From Balanoglossus misakiensis (lineage: Eukaryota; Animalia; Hemichordata), in NCBI GenBank assembly GCA_040954595.2, contig JBECUI020000039.1, positions 62,001 to 126,000 of the forward strand: DNA of 64,000 nucleotides, written 5' to 3'. Shown piece after piece: positions 1-12,213 of the stretch. The translations under genes were made by a program, and so were the position numbers. A model generated the notes under the pieces. The model was not told the origin of the DNA. It did no database searches and saw only the letters and a list, made by a program, of their open reading frames with translations. Each line of letters starts with the position of its first letter. The stretch's first letter is position 1.

Positions 1-123
1 TCCGCTTTTCTTTGCACAGTGTAAAGTAATTGCAGCAGTTAAAGTCGTTTTTCCATGATCGACATGCCCAATTGTACCAACATTAATATGTGGCTTCGTT
101 CTTTGAAATTTTTCCTTAGCCAT
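1..123 (-). CDS. tuf: Elongation factor Tu, N-terminal part (runs off window; not in ORF track)
   Basis: Manual translation from ATG at 123 gives [33 protein letters not shown]; GGAGG RBS upstream. Confidence 0.98.
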   Translation of the reverse strand, partial: MAKEKFQRTKPHINVGTIGHVDHGKTTLTAAITLHCAKKSG

Positions 124-201
124 TATAATCCTCCAAATCTCTTATTTAATTCCCCTACCGTGTACAAAGCACAGTAGAGTACCCATTTACATACCTTAAT
201 A

Positions 202-230
202 TAAATAACAAAAAAAAAAGTTTTTGTCAA
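202..230 (-). promoter_or_regulatory. Candidate sigma70 promoter for tuf
   Basis: TTGACA (230-225), 17-bp spacer containing a T10 run, weak -10 TATTTA. Confidence 0.4.
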
Positions 231-243
231 GCAAAAAGAAGCA

Positions 244-717
244 TTACCAGCGATAATGAGTAAACGCTTTGTTTGCTTCAGCAGTACGATGAATTTCTTC
301 CTTTTTCTTAAATGCTGCCCCTGCGCCATTACTGGCATCCAGTAGCTCAGCACTAAGTTTTTCAGCCATAGATCGGCCTCTACGAGCACGGGCGGCTGTA
401 ATAATCCAGCGTCTTGCCAATGCTTCCTTGCGAAGATGACGTACTTCTATCGGCACCTGATAAGTAGAGCCCCCAACACGGCGAGATTTTACCTCAACCT
501 GCGGTTGAATGTTCTCCAGTGCCCTATGAAATACATCTATAGCTGATGTGCCAGTCTTCTTTTCCACTATATCTAGGGCCTCGTACATAATACGCGTGCT
601 TAATAAACGTTTCCCTTCTTTCATCATTGTAGCAATAAAATTTGTAACTTCCAAATCATTGTACTTTCTATCCAGCTGTGCCGGTCGTTTTTTCTTTTTT
701 ATCGTCCGATGTGCCAT
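244..717 (-). CDS. rpsG: 30S ribosomal protein S7
   Basis: PQVEVKSRRVGGSTYQVP and AEANKAF motifs; follows rpsL. Confidence 0.99.
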   Translation of the reverse strand: MAHRTIKKKKRPAQLDRKYNDLEVTNFIATMMKEGKRLLSTRIMYEALDIVEKKTGTSAIDVFHRALENIQPQVEVKSRRVGGSTYQVPIEVRHLRKEALARRWIITAARARRGRSMAEKLSAELLDASNGAGAAFKKKEEIHRTAEANKAFTHYRW

Positions 718-722
718 ATGTT

Positions 723-1097
723 TTACCTTGCAGAACGCTTAGTTCCGTATTTCGATCGTCCTTTCTTCCTGTTCTCAACACCAAGTGCATCACGAGTGCC
801 TCTAATTATATGATAGCGAACACCAGGAAGATCCTTTACCCGACCACCTCGCAAAAGCACTACCGAGTGCTCCTGAAGATTGTGCCCAATACCCGGTATA
901 TATGCCGTTACCTCGATGCCGTTCGTCAAACGGACACGGGCAACCTTCCGCAATGCGGAGTTCGGCTTTCTCGGTGTTATGGTAATGACACGAAGACAGA
1001 CACCTCGTCGCTGCGGACAAGCCTGCAAAGCTGGTGATTTTGTCTTCTTTACTATTTTCTTTCTTCCTTTTCTTACTAACTGATTAATCGTCGGCAT
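723..1097 (-). CDS. rpsL: 30S ribosomal protein S12
   Basis: [37 protein letters not shown]. Confidence 0.99.
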   Translation of the reverse strand: MPTINQLVRKGRKKIVKKTKSPALQACPQRRGVCLRVITITPRKPNSALRKVARVRLTNGIEVTAYIPGIGHNLQEHSVVLLRGGRVKDLPGVRYHIIRGTRDALGVENRKKGRSKYGTKRSAR

Positions 1098-1158
1098 ATA
1101 TTCCTCATCACTATGTTCATAGTACTATAATAATTGTTGACAGAAAAAGGTACAAGTA

Positions 1159-2695
1159 CTATTCGCTTGTTTCACCAACTTGAACCTTTAATAATTCTTG
1201 TCGTTGTTCTTCTTCCTGTTCTGCAACTTCTAGTTTTCTTTGTTCAATCGTCTTTATTAGATAACTATCTAGTTCACTCATTCTCTTATCCTGCAATTTA
1301 ATGTCGCGATATTGCCGCATTCCAGTTCCAGCAGGTATGAGATGTCCTATGATAACGTTTTCTTTTAATCCGCGCAATGGGTCGCGCAGTCCGGCTATTG
1401 CTGCGTTGGTTAGCACCCTTGTTGTTTCCTGAAATGATGCCGCAGATATAAATGAATCTATGTTTAAGCTTGCACGGGTAATACCGAGCAAGATGGGACG
1501 AGCAATAGCAGGCTGTCCCCCTTCGCGCAAAACACGCTTGTTTTCCTCTCGGAATGCATGTTTGCTGACTTGCTGTCCAATAATAAAGCGAGTATCGCCG
1601 GTGTACACTAATTCTACCTTACGCAGCATCTGACGAATAATAACCCCAATATGCTTGTCGTTAATGCTGACCCCCTGTAAACGATATATTTCCTGTATTT
1701 CGTTAACAAGGAATGCTTGCAAGGCGTTTTCCCCCAAGATTGAGAGAATGGCATGGGGATTGATTTGACCTTCACAAAGAATTTCTCCCGCCTTCACGAC
1801 ATCACCTTCCCGTACAAGTAAATGTCGTCCCATGGGAATTTCATGCTTGAATTCCTTGTTAAAATTATCGCGAACAATAATGACCCGGTTGTTCTTTATC
1901 AGGTCGCCAATAATAATTTCTCCGTCTATCTTTGCTAAAACAGCCGCATAGCCGGGATGCCGGGCTTCAAATAATTCGACAACCCGAGGTAGTCCACCAG
2001 TAATGTCCCTTGTCTTGACGCTCTCTTTCAACATCTTTGCAAGAATTTTCCCCGGTTTGACGTATTCTCCGTCATCTACGCTCAAAAACGAACTGTTGGG
2101 TAGCTGATAGGTAGTAATTTCACTGCCATCGGCAGCCTCTATAATCAAACGTGGTTGCATGTTCTCGACTGAATGCTCGGAGATTGTTTTTTCTTTTAAT
2201 CCGGTGTCTTCGTTAATGACTTCATTGAGGGTTGTGCCGCTAAATATATCTTGAAAGCGTACGACCCCCTCGTATTCGTTTATAATCGGTTCGCTAAAGA
2301 GATCAAATCGTGCAATAATTTCATTTGCTGCAACAACCTGTTTCCCCTGGGCGAAAATTTCGGCACCCGTACGGACAGTGAGACTCTGCTGCTGTCCAAT
2401 GAGGTAGAGAGTCTGGCCTTTGAGAATGCAGTAGGCATTGTCTTTGGCAAGAATTTCTTTGTCCCCGTTCCGGATGAGTGTTTCTCCCTTAATGATTTTC
2501 TGATTCTCTTTAACCAGAAGGGTGTCGGATGTTTTGACTTTTATTTCATCAAGAATGCGGGAAATTTCTATGTTTCCCTTCCGCGTAAGAAGATTCGCAT
2601 CATCCTCTGTCTGCACCATATTTCCCTGTACACTATGGATATAGATCGGGTATTTCATGGCAATGTGGTTTTCTTCGGCAACCTTTGTTGCCGCC

Positions 2696-2727
<32 letters not shown>

Positions 2728-5400
2728 TGTGCCCGGCTGTCCTATGGATTGGGCAGCCATAATGCCTACCGCCTCACCAATGATAACTGTCCTGTTTGTT
2801 GCAAGATTTCTTCCATAACAGCGTCGACATACCCCACGTTCAGCTTCGCAGGTAAGCACGCTGCGAATATAGACCGATTCAATGCCGACCCGTTCAATCG
2901 TTTCGGCAACATCATCACTGATTTCTTCGTTTACATCTATGATCATTTCACCAGATATTGGATGAAAAACCTGTTCCAAGGTAAAACGCCCGCGAATTCT
3001 GTCGGCAAGTGGTTCTACAATTTCCTCTTCTTCGCGTAAGGCACGGACAGTGGAACCGTTAATGGTGCCACAGTCATCCATATTGATGACAACGTCCTGT
3101 GCTACATCAACTAGTCGTCTGGTAAGATATCCCGCATCCGAGGTCTTTAATGCCGTGTCGGCAAGACCTTTTCGTGCACCGTTCGTTGAGATGAAAAATT
3201 CAATAACGGAGAGTCCCTCTTTGAAGTTGGAGCGGATGGGAAGTTCAATAATATCCCCGGATGGCTTTGCCATGAGGCCACGCATTCCCCCGAGCTGACT
3301 GATCTGGTTCCTGCTACCACGAGCCCCTGAGCTAATCATCATAAATAATTGATTAAACCCAAGTTTATCTTCCTCAAGACTCTTCATCATTTCGTTTGCT
3401 ATGCGTTCGTTTGTACTACTCCAGACATCAACGACACGGTTGTACCGTTCTTCCTGAGTTATGACTCCGTTTCTATATTGCTGATTAATATGGAGCACAT
3501 CTGCATTCGCTTGCTCAATGAGCTGTTTCTTGTTCTCTGGAACAATAACATCGTCCATGCCAACCGTTGCTCCGAAGATCGTTGCGTACTTGAAGCCAAG
3601 ATCCTTTATGCATTCCAGAACCTGAACTGTTACTGCCGAACCATGTACGCTGTGACATTCTGCTATGAGTTTACGCAATCCCTGGTCGTTCACCGTCTCA
3701 TTGATATAAGAGATGACAGCCGGCATTTCTTCGTTAAAAATAAGCCGTCCGGGAGTTGTTTCAAGCCATTTTCCGTCTTTATAGACATGAATCAAACTTC
3801 CGTACTCAATAACGCCATACTCCAGGGCGTAGGTAACCTCATTGACTGAAGAAAAATACCGTCCCTCACCCTTCGCATTCTGTCGCAACTTGGTGAGATA
3901 GTTAATGCCGAGTACCATCTCCAGTGATGGAAATACAACCGGTTCGCCATTTGCCGGATTTAATAGATTTCGTGAAGACAGCATGAGTGTCCAACATTCT
4001 GTCTGCGCGGCATGCGTTAACGGAACATGTGCTGCCATCTGATCGCCGTCAAAATCCGCATTAAAGGCATGACAGACAAGAGGATGTAGCCGAATTGCCT
4101 TGCCGTCAACAAGCTTGGGAATAAATGATTGTATGCCAAGCCGATGCAGGGTCGGTGCCCGATTGAGCAGTATGGGATGCTCCCGGACTACTTGCTCTAG
4201 TATAACTAAAACCTCAGGTGCTTCTTCTTCAACTAATGCTTTTGCACGTTTAATATTGTAGATGACATCCTCTTCTACAAGTCGTTTCATGATAAAGGGC
4301 TTGTATAACTCTAGTGCCATCTTGGTTGGGAAACCACATTCATGTAGCTTCAACTCGGGACCAACTACAATAACGGAGCGACCGGAATAGTCGACACGTT
4401 TACCGAGAAGGTTCTGCCGAAAACGTCCTTGTTTACCACGGAGCATGTCCGCAAGGGAACGCAGGGGACGATTGGAACTGTTTTTTGCAGTTCTCTGTCG
4501 TTTACTATTATCAAAAAGGGCATCAACTGCCTCTTGTAACATCCGTTTTTCGTTTCTGACAATAATTTCCGGGGCGTTCAATGCCTGTAGCCGCCTGAGT
4601 CGATTGTTTCTGTTAATGACCCGTCGGTAAAGGTCGTTTAAGTCCGAGGTTGCAAACCTTCCTCCATCTAGTTGAACCATAGGACGCAGTTCAGGAGGAA
4701 TGACGGGAATAGATTCCAGAATCATCCATTCTGGACGGTTTCCCGATTGCTTAAAATTTTCTATAATTTCAATGCGCTTCAATAAACGACTATCCGACTG
4801 AGTACCACGATTGTTCATCTGATCGCGCAGAAGCATAATAATCTTGTCCATATCCAGATCCTCCAGGAGTATCTGAATTGCACCGGCACCCATGCCGCAG
4901 GTGAATGAGGGGCCATACTCACTTCGAGCATCACGGTATTCTTCTTCAGTCAATAAATGACCGTTTTCCAGCGGTGTGTCACCGCCATCGGTTACAATAT
5001 GTTTTTCATACAGTAAAACAGAGCGCAGGTCGGTTGATGAGAGATCAAGGAAGAGTGCTATACGCGAGGGGGTTGCCCGATAATACCATATATGTGCAAC
5101 TGGAGCTGCAAGTTCAATATGTCCTATGCGTTCCCTGCGCACACGAAAATGGGTAACCTCTACTCCGCAACGGTCACAAATAACCCCTTTATATCGTATG
5201 GAACGAAACTTTCCACAGTTGCATTCCCATTCCTTCGTCGTACCAAATATTCGTTCACAAAACAAACCGTCACGCTCGGGACGAAGGGTGCGATAATTAA
5301 TTGTTTCGGGATTTTTTACTTCGCCATAGCTCCACATTCTTATTTTTTCAGGTGAAGCCAGTTGAATACCAATGCTGTCAAAGTATTGCGTTTCTTTCAT
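1159..5400 (-). CDS. rpoC: RNA polymerase beta' subunit
   Basis: NADFDGD active site, N-terminal Zn finger, 1413 aa. Confidence 0.99.
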
Positions 5401-5403
5401 AGG

Positions 5404-8400
5404 CTAAAAATTACTCTCCTGTCGCCCAATAAGCTCTTTATCGCGCTCGGTAAGCGGTATCATTTTTTGTTTGGAATCATAAATAGTTAGATCTAAACAG
5501 AGACCTCGCAATTCTTGTATAAGAACATTAAAGGATTCGGGTACGCCAAAATCTGCTGTTGCATCACCCTTAACAATAGCCTCGTATATCCTCGTACGAC
5601 CTTTAATATCATCTGATTTAATGGTGAGCAACTCCTGCAATGTATTGGCAGCACCGTATGCTTCCAATGCCCACACTTCCATCTCTCCGAGTCTTTGTCC
5701 CCCAAACTGTGCCTTGCCGCCCAGGGGTTGCTGGGTAACCAAAGAATAGGGTCCGGTAGACCGGGCATGCATCTTGTCATCGACAAGATGATTCAGCTTC
5801 AATATGTACATACAGCCGACGGTAACCTCGTTTTCAAACTTCACTCCTGTTCGCCCGTCGTAGAGCGCTACCTTTGAGTGGTGGGGGATATTTGCAGCCT
5901 TAAGCCGTTCAATGATCTGTTCTTGACTTGCCGATTCAAAGACCGGAGTAGAATACCACTCATCAAGAACCTGTGCCGCCCAGCCCAACTGTGTTTCCAT
6001 AATTTGTCCGAGGTTCATACGGGAGGGAACACCGAGCGGATTGAGACAGATGTCCAAGGGGGTGCCGTCTTCCATAAAAGGCATGTCCTCCTCGGGTAGT
6101 ACTCGTGCTACAACGCCCTTGTTCCCGTGTCTCCCCGCCATTTTGTCGCCTTCGGTTAGTTTCCGTTTGGTCGCAATAAGCAGTTTAATAACTTTTACAA
6201 CACCTGCACTCAGTTCATCGTTGTTGTCTCTATCCAGTATACTGATGTCAACAACGGCACCTTCGACTCCATGCGGAACTCGTAAGGAACTATCGCGAAC
6301 ATCCTTTGCTTTCTCTCCGAATATCTGATTTAATAACTTAAATTCGGGTGTTGTTTCGGTTTCTGACTTCGGGGTAACCTTTCCGACAAGGATATCACCC
6401 TGTTTGACATAGGCACCAATACGTACGATGCCTTCATCGCTGAGTTTTGCCCTGATTGATGCTGAAGTATTGGGTATATCGGGAGTAACTGTTTCGGGAC
6501 CAAACTTTGTCTCGCGAACCTCGGATATATATTCTCGAATGTGGATGGAAGTAAATACGTCTTCCTTCACAATACGTTCCGACACCAGTATGGCATCTTC
6601 GTAGTTATAGCCGTTCCATGAAACAATGCCTGTAAGAACATTTCTGCCTAATGCCAACTCACCGGAATCGGTAGCTGGGCCATCGGCAATAACTTGTCCT
6701 CGCAGTATTTTCTCTCCCACACGAACAATGGGTCTATGATTAAAACAGGTATCCTGATTGGTGCGTCGGTACTTGGTTAGAGTATACTCGTCTTCAGTGG
6801 CGGATTTATCATTCAATTGAATGACAATGCGTTGACTGGAAACATAGCTAACCACTCCTGCCCGTCGGGCATGTACAAGAACCCCGGAATCGGCTGCAAT
6901 CTTCATTTCCATTCCCGTTCCCACCCGAGGGGCCTCAGCAAAGAGAAGTGGCACTGCCTGCCGTTGCATATTTGAGCCCATGAGTGCCCTGTTGGCATCA
7001 TCATGTTCCAAAAAGGGTATAAGAGAGGCCGAAACTGAAATGACCTGTTTCGGTGAAACATCCATGTAATGGATATCCTCCGGTGAACAACCCATATAGT
7101 CGCCACCTCGTCTTGCAGAGACCAGTGCATCAATAAACTGATTCTTATCGTCTAACTGTGCGTTTGCCTGTGCAATATAATAGCTCTCTTCGTCCAATGC
7201 AGAGAGATACTCCACTTCATCGGTAACAACGCCGTTTTTCACCCGACGATAGGGGGTCTCCAGAAACCCGTACTCATTCACAGTTGCATAGTTTGCCATT
7301 GAAACAATCAGACCGATGTTCGGACCTTCAGGCGTTTCAATAGGACACATACGACCGTAATGCGTGTAGTGAACATCTCGAACTTCAAAGCCCCGCACGC
7401 TCCCGTGATAGTCCGCCTGGACCAAGAGCATTGAGACGGCGTTTATGAGTAAGCTCAGCAAGCGGATTAACTTGATCCATAAACTGAGCCAACTGGGAAG
7501 AAGAAAAGAAATCGCGAACTGCTGTGCCAAATGACTTAATTGCCAAGAGGTCTTGCGGCTTGATGGTATTGCTCTCCTTCGATTCCATGCGATTTCGTGC
7601 CATACGCTCAATGTTTGTAAAGGCAGAACGGATTTGGTTTTCCAACAACTCACCAACTGTTCGTATACGCCGGTTGCCGAGATGATCAATGTCATCAACG
7701 TTCTGCTCTCCAACATAAACTGCAATTAATTGTTTGATGGTCTGAATAATGTCTTCTTTCGTAAGAACTCTGCTCTCATCTGGGGGGTCATACTGAAATT
7801 TTTTGTTTAGTTTGTATCTGCCAACTCTGCCAATATCATAGCGACGAGGATTGGTAAAAAGGTTTATAAAGTCTTTCTCCAATGTGTCGTTGGAAGAAGG
7901 ATTTTGGTCAAATTCTTCTTCTTCATCGTTCCATTCTATATCCGCATCTTGTTCGTTTGTCTTCTCCACGCCAAGAGTGGTCTCTTCTTGCTCAAGACAA
8001 CTAATAATTATCGGAGAGTGGACTGACTCAGGATGATTGAGCTCAATAAGCTCAATGCTTCCATTCACGTCTTCAAGGATGCTGTCTATAACATGCGGAT
8101 GTAAACGTTCGCCGGCATGCAGAAGAACCTCTTGTTTGCCGTTTTTTTTAGTTCTATATACAGTCGAGGCTGCTATATTGCCGATTTGTAACTCGTCTCG
8201 CACATTCTTTTTATTCAATTTAATGATCTTTGTCTTATAGAATGCTTGAATAATTTGCCGTCGGTTGCTGAAACCCAGCATGCGCAGGAGTGATGTAACA
8301 AGAAACCTCTTTTTGCGGTCTACCTTGATGAATATGAGAGAAGTCTTTTTCGTGCTGTCAATTTCAAACTCAATCCAGGCACCACGTTGGGGGATTACTC

Positions 8401-8887
8401 GGGCTACGAAGACACCTTTATCACTTGAAATGAACATGCCTGGACATCTGCTCATCTGGCTGACAACCACGCGCTCCGCTCCGTTGATAATAAATGTTCC
8501 GTTTGCAGTCATAAGAGGAATATCGCCGAGATAGGCATCTTTTTGCCGTATTTCCCCGGTCGAAAGAAAAACTAGACTTATACGTACCTTCAGTGGTACC
8601 TGATACGAATAGCCTTTCTCCTTGCATACTTCTTCGTCAAAGCGAATGTCTTCCTCAGCAAGATAGTAGCCGTCATATTCCAGCCGCATATCTCCATTCT
8701 GACTCTCAATAGGAAAAAAAGAACGAAATACCGATTCCAGTCCCTCGTCCTTTAATGTTTTTCCCTTCCGCAATGTCTCTAGCTGGAGAAATTTTTCGTA
8801 CGAATTGAGTTGAATATCTAATAAATGCGGCATGGGGACGACCGGAACATATCCGTGACCAATTCCCTTACGTTTTCTTACTTGCAT
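5404..8887 (-). CDS. rpoB: RNA polymerase beta subunit, split into two ORFs by one extra G at 7391-7394
   Basis: ORF 7385-8887 ends [12 protein letters not shown]; ORF 5404-7725 contains [14 protein letters not shown]. Removing one G restores [30 protein letters not shown] and GGQRLGEME are present. Confidence 0.97.
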
Positions 8888-8979
8888 TGTACCTCCGTCC
8901 CAACCTGTATACTCAAGTTATTCCCTGAGAACGTATGTTGTTCTTAATGAGATCATTATAAACCTGATAGTAGGAACTA

Positions 8980-9372
8980 TTATTGCAGCTCAACAACGGC
9001 ACCCGCTTCATCAAGCTGCTTCCTGATGGTTTCCGCCTCTTCTTTCGATACGGCTTCACGAACGGTTTGTCCCTTGGATTGAACAAGTTCCTTCGCTTCC
9101 TTGAGACCAAGTCCGTGAACAATTGTTCTAATGGCCTTAATAACTTGTATCTGATTGGCTCCGTCTTTGAGCCCATTCAACACAATGTTAAATTCGGTCT
9201 GTTCTTCTTCGGCTTCGCCCTCTTGCTGTGCTGGTGCAGCAGCAAGCCCTACAACGGGTGCGGCGGCAGTAACACCAAACTTCTCTTCCATAGCATGAAC
9301 CAGTTCTGATACTTCCAGTACTGTCATGTTTGCAATTGCTTCAAGCACATCTTCTTTCTTTATTGTTGCCAT
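8980..9372 (-). CDS. rplL: 50S ribosomal protein L7/L12
   Basis: [27 protein letters not shown]. Confidence 0.98.
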   Translation of the reverse strand: MATIKKEDVLEAIANMTVLEVSELVHAMEEKFGVTAAAPVVGLAAAPAQQEGEAEEEQTEFNIVLNGLKDGANQIQVIKAIRTIVHGLGLKEAKELVQSKGQTVREAVSKEEAETIRKQLDEAGAVVELQ

Positions 9373-9446
9373 ATTATCTCCTCCTTGTTAATTATTCATT
9401 TCGACAATAGCATGAAACAACTATGAGACTAATGCCGATTATGCGT

Positions 9447-9977
9447 CTATTTTGACTCTGCAAGCGCTTTCAACGTTCGCATGAGTTTCTGTATAACACC
9501 GGACAAAACCCCTGCACAGCGCTGTGTCGGAGCTTGTACGGTTCCCATAACCTGTGCCAGTAAAACGGGCAAAGCTGGTAACTTCGATATCTTTTCCAGC
9601 ATATCTGGGGCATATAATGCCTCATCAACTAAGCCGCCCTTTATTTTTAATGGTGTTGTCTTGGCAAAAGCAAACATTTCTTTTAGTACTGTCGAAACTT
9701 CAGTGCCCGACAAGGCTAATGCTGTAGGACCTACCAATAAATCACCTACATTATCAAGATTTTTCTGTAAAAAAGCAATCTTTGCATAAGAATTTTTCAC
9801 TACATGAAAATGAGTGTCACATTCACGTAGTTTGTTGCGTAAGTCAGTAATTTCTTCTACAGTCAAACCGCAGTAATCCGCAAAGATGTAGTTCTTTGCA
9901 CTTTCGAGTTTCTCAAAAATGCGTCCGACTTCCTGCTTCTTTTTATCGTTTATTCGTGTTTTATACATATTATTCAC
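9447..9977 (-). CDS. rplJ: 50S ribosomal protein L10
   Basis: DYCGLTVEEITDLR, VVKN, GPTA; lies between rplA and rplL. Confidence 0.96.
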   Translation of the reverse strand: MNNMYKTRINDKKKQEVGRIFEKLESAKNYIFADYCGLTVEEITDLRNKLRECDTHFHVVKNSYAKIAFLQKNLDNVGDLLVGPTALALSGTEVSTVLKEMFAFAKTTPLKIKGGLVDEALYAPDMLEKISKLPALPVLLAQVMGTVQAPTQRCAGVLSGVIQKLMRTLKALAESK

Positions 9978-10658
9978 CTATACCAATGTGGCCATATCCA
10001 GTCGTATGCCTGGTCCCATAGTTGAAGAAAGCGTAGCCGAACGGAAAAAGTTTCCCTTCGTTTCAGCCGGTTTTCGTTTCATAATTTCTACACAGACAAG
10101 GTTCGTGTTTTCGACGAGTTTGCTATCATCCATAGAACATTTGCCTACTGCAATACTAATAGAACCAGTTTTACTAGAACGAAATTCTGTTCGACCTGTT
10201 TTCAACTCTTTAATGGCTGCTGCTATGTCCTTGGTTACCGTTCGCGACTTGGGATTCGGCATGAGACCACGACGACCTAAAATCGGACCGAGAACTGCTA
10301 TGGATCTCATTATATCCGGGGTTGCTACTGCTACATCAAAATCAAGCCAGCCGTCTTTTATGCGTGCAATAAGATCAGCGCCCCCAACATGGTCCGCACC
10401 AGCTTCACGCGCCTCATCTGCCTTATCTCCTTCTGCAAAAACAAGAACACGGCTCTCCGCCCCAAATGGATTGGGGAATACAAAGGTGTCGCGGATTATC
10501 TGACTCTTCTTGATGTTTAAGTAAATCGATAACTCTACTGTTTCATCAAAGGATGCATAGCTGCTCTTCTTTACCTGCATAACTGCCCCAGCTACATCGT
10601 GCAACTGTTTTATGTCCATGCCCTCAAGGGCTGCGCGATATTTCTTCCCGTGCTTCAT
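9978..10658 (-). CDS. rplA: 50S ribosomal protein L1
   Basis: [24 protein letters not shown]. Confidence 0.98.
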   Translation of the reverse strand: MKHGKKYRAALEGMDIKQLHDVAGAVMQVKKSSYASFDETVELSIYLNIKKSQIIRDTFVFPNPFGAESRVLVFAEGDKADEAREAGADHVGGADLIARIKDGWLDFDVAVATPDIMRSIAVLGPILGRRGLMPNPKSRTVTKDIAAAIKELKTGRTEFRSSKTGSISIAVGKCSMDDSKLVENTNLVCVEIMKRKPAETKGNFFRSATLSSTMGPGIRLDMATLV

Positions 10659-11098
10659 TCTACTACCACCCCCATGCTTCTCGCTGTTCCTGCAATAATG
10701 CTAACAGCTGCATCCATACTGGTTGCATTGAGATCCTGCATTTTCGTTGTCGCTATTTCCCGCAACTGACTCGTTGTTATTGTTCCCACCTTGGTCTTAT
10801 TCGGTTCCGACGATCCCTTCTCCAGGTTGATCGCCTTGCGAATAAGCACCGCAGCAGGCGGGGTTTTTAACTGAAAAGAGAAAGAACGATCAGCATAAAC
10901 GCTGATAATAACAGGTATGAGAATTCCTGTTTCCATATTCTTCGTCGCATCGTTAAATTGCTGTACAAATTGGGGTGCACTGACGCCGTGCGGCCCCAAA
11001 GCCGGTCCAACCGGGGGTGCAGGGGTTGCCTTGCCCGCCGGTACCTGTAGTTTAATAAATTTGACTGCTTGTTTTTTTACACTGCTTTTTTTTGCCAT
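10655..11098 (-). CDS. rplK: 50S ribosomal protein L11
   Basis: [23 protein letters not shown]. Confidence 0.99.
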   Translation of the reverse strand: MAKKSSVKKQAVKFIKLQVPAGKATPAPPVGPALGPHGVSAPQFVQQFNDATKNMETGILIPVIISVYADRSFSFQLKTPPAAVLIRKAINLEKGSSEPNKTKVGTITTSQLREIATTKMQDLNATSMDAAVSIIAGTARSMGVVVE

Positions 11099-11100
11099 AT

Positions 11101-11673
11101 CTATACCTTTTCTACCTGTCCGAAATCAACTTCCACTGGGGTTGGTCTGCCGAAGATTCCTACCATGACACGTAACTTCATGCGATCTTCCACAACTTCA
11201 TCCACTCTGCCGACAAAACTCTTGAACGGACCCTCGGTAATGCGCACTGAATCCCCTTCGGTGAAATACGCCCTCTGAGATCCGCCCTTAATTGCTTTCT
11301 CGTCCGAAAGAACAAGAAATTGTCGTGCCTCGTTTTTAGACACTGGTTGCGGACAAGTTCCGTACTTGCTCCCAACAAATCCGGAAATAAACTCCAACTG
11401 TAAAATACGCGAAACAATGTCACCCCACCCAATGCTTCCACCGGCGCTTGTCCGGTCCTTGGGAAGATCCATCTGAATAAGAACATATCCGGGTAAAACA
11501 TTTTTCTTTCGAACGCGTTTCTTTCCATTCCGCTGTTCGGTTACTTCTTCGATCGGTGAGCGAACATCGAAAAGATAATCCGGATATTGCTTTTCCATAA
11601 TATCCCGAAGTCTACGCTCAACATACTGCTCTTTCCCTGTATATGCCTGTAATATATACCATTCCTTTGCCAT
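11101..11673 (-). CDS. nusG: Transcription factor NusG
   Basis: WY..PGYVLI NGN domain; KOW domain [11 protein letters not shown]; IFGRPTPVE. Confidence 0.97.
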   Translation of the reverse strand: MAKEWYILQAYTGKEQYVERRLRDIMEKQYPDYLFDVRSPIEEVTEQRNGKKRVRKKNVLPGYVLIQMDLPKDRTSAGGSIGWGDIVSRILQLEFISGFVGSKYGTCPQPVSKNEARQFLVLSDEKAIKGGSQRAYFTEGDSVRITEGPFKSFVGRVDEVVEDRMKLRVMVGIFGRPTPVEVDFGQVEKV

Positions 11674-11680
11674 ATGTATA

Positions 11681-11866
11681 CTAAAAAATCCAATCGCTCC
11701 CGCGAAGAAAGAGATAGTCTACAATACCAAATAATATTGCAAAGAGAATAACAGATACTATGACAATCTTAGTAGATGCGATTGCCTCTTGCCTCGTAGG
11801 CCATATTACCCGTTTTAATTCATTATAACTATCATAGAAAAATTGTACTATTCGTTTCATATTCAC
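11681..11866 (-). CDS. secE: Preprotein translocase SecE
   Basis: ELKRVIWPTRQE plus one TM helix; upstream of nusG. Confidence 0.95.
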   Translation of the reverse strand: MNMKRIVQFFYDSYNELKRVIWPTRQEAIASTKIVIVSVILFAILFGIVDYLFLRGSDWIF

Positions 11867-11875
11867 AACTGCATA

Positions 11876-11948
11876 CAGGCCAGGCAGGATTCGAACCTAC
11901 AACATCCGGTTTTGGAGACCGGCGCTCTACCGTTGGAGCTACTGACCT
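11876..11948 (-). tRNA. tRNA-Trp (CCA)
   Basis: AGGTCAGTAGCTCCAACGGTAGAGCGCCGGTCTCCAAAACCGG...GTTCGAATCC; cloverleaf, 73 nt, CCA end not encoded. Confidence 0.97.
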
Positions 11949-11953
11949 AACAA

Positions 11954-12026
11954 AGCCCTCGATCGGACTTGAACCGATGACCTCATCCTTACCATGGATG
12001 TGCTCTACCGACTGAGCTACAAGGGC
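11954..12026 (-). tRNA. tRNA-Thr (GGT)
   Basis: GCCCTTGTAGCTCAGTCGGTAGAGCACATCCATGGTAAGGATG...GTTCAAGTCC; 73 nt. Confidence 0.97.
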
Positions 12027-12099
12027 ACGAACTACTCGAATCCAATTATACAATGCCCTCGACCGGAAATGCAATACCTAATAGTGCATACAATGGTCT

Positions 12100-12128
12100 A
12101 TGGTACACACTATCTTAATACTATGCAA
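12100..12128 (-). promoter_or_regulatory. Candidate sigma70 promoter for the tRNA-secE-nusG operon
   Basis: TTGCAT-N17-TACCAT with an AT-rich upstream region. Confidence 0.5.
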
Positions 12129-12213
12129 GCCTTTATTGTAAAAAATAATAAAAAAATATTAATCGGTAATATTTTCTTCCTTTGCACGCGATATGAGCTT
12201 CCAATTCCAGTAA

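Noticed and set aside
7430-7432. RpoB Asn at the E. coli S531-equivalent (rifampicin resistance)
   Set aside because: Known intrinsic trait of spirochaetes; used only as taxonomic evidence.
5404-8887. Naturally split or pseudogenised rpoB
   Set aside because: The break is one extra G in an invariant motif and the second ORF's apparent N-terminus is out-of-frame junk; sequencing error is more likely.
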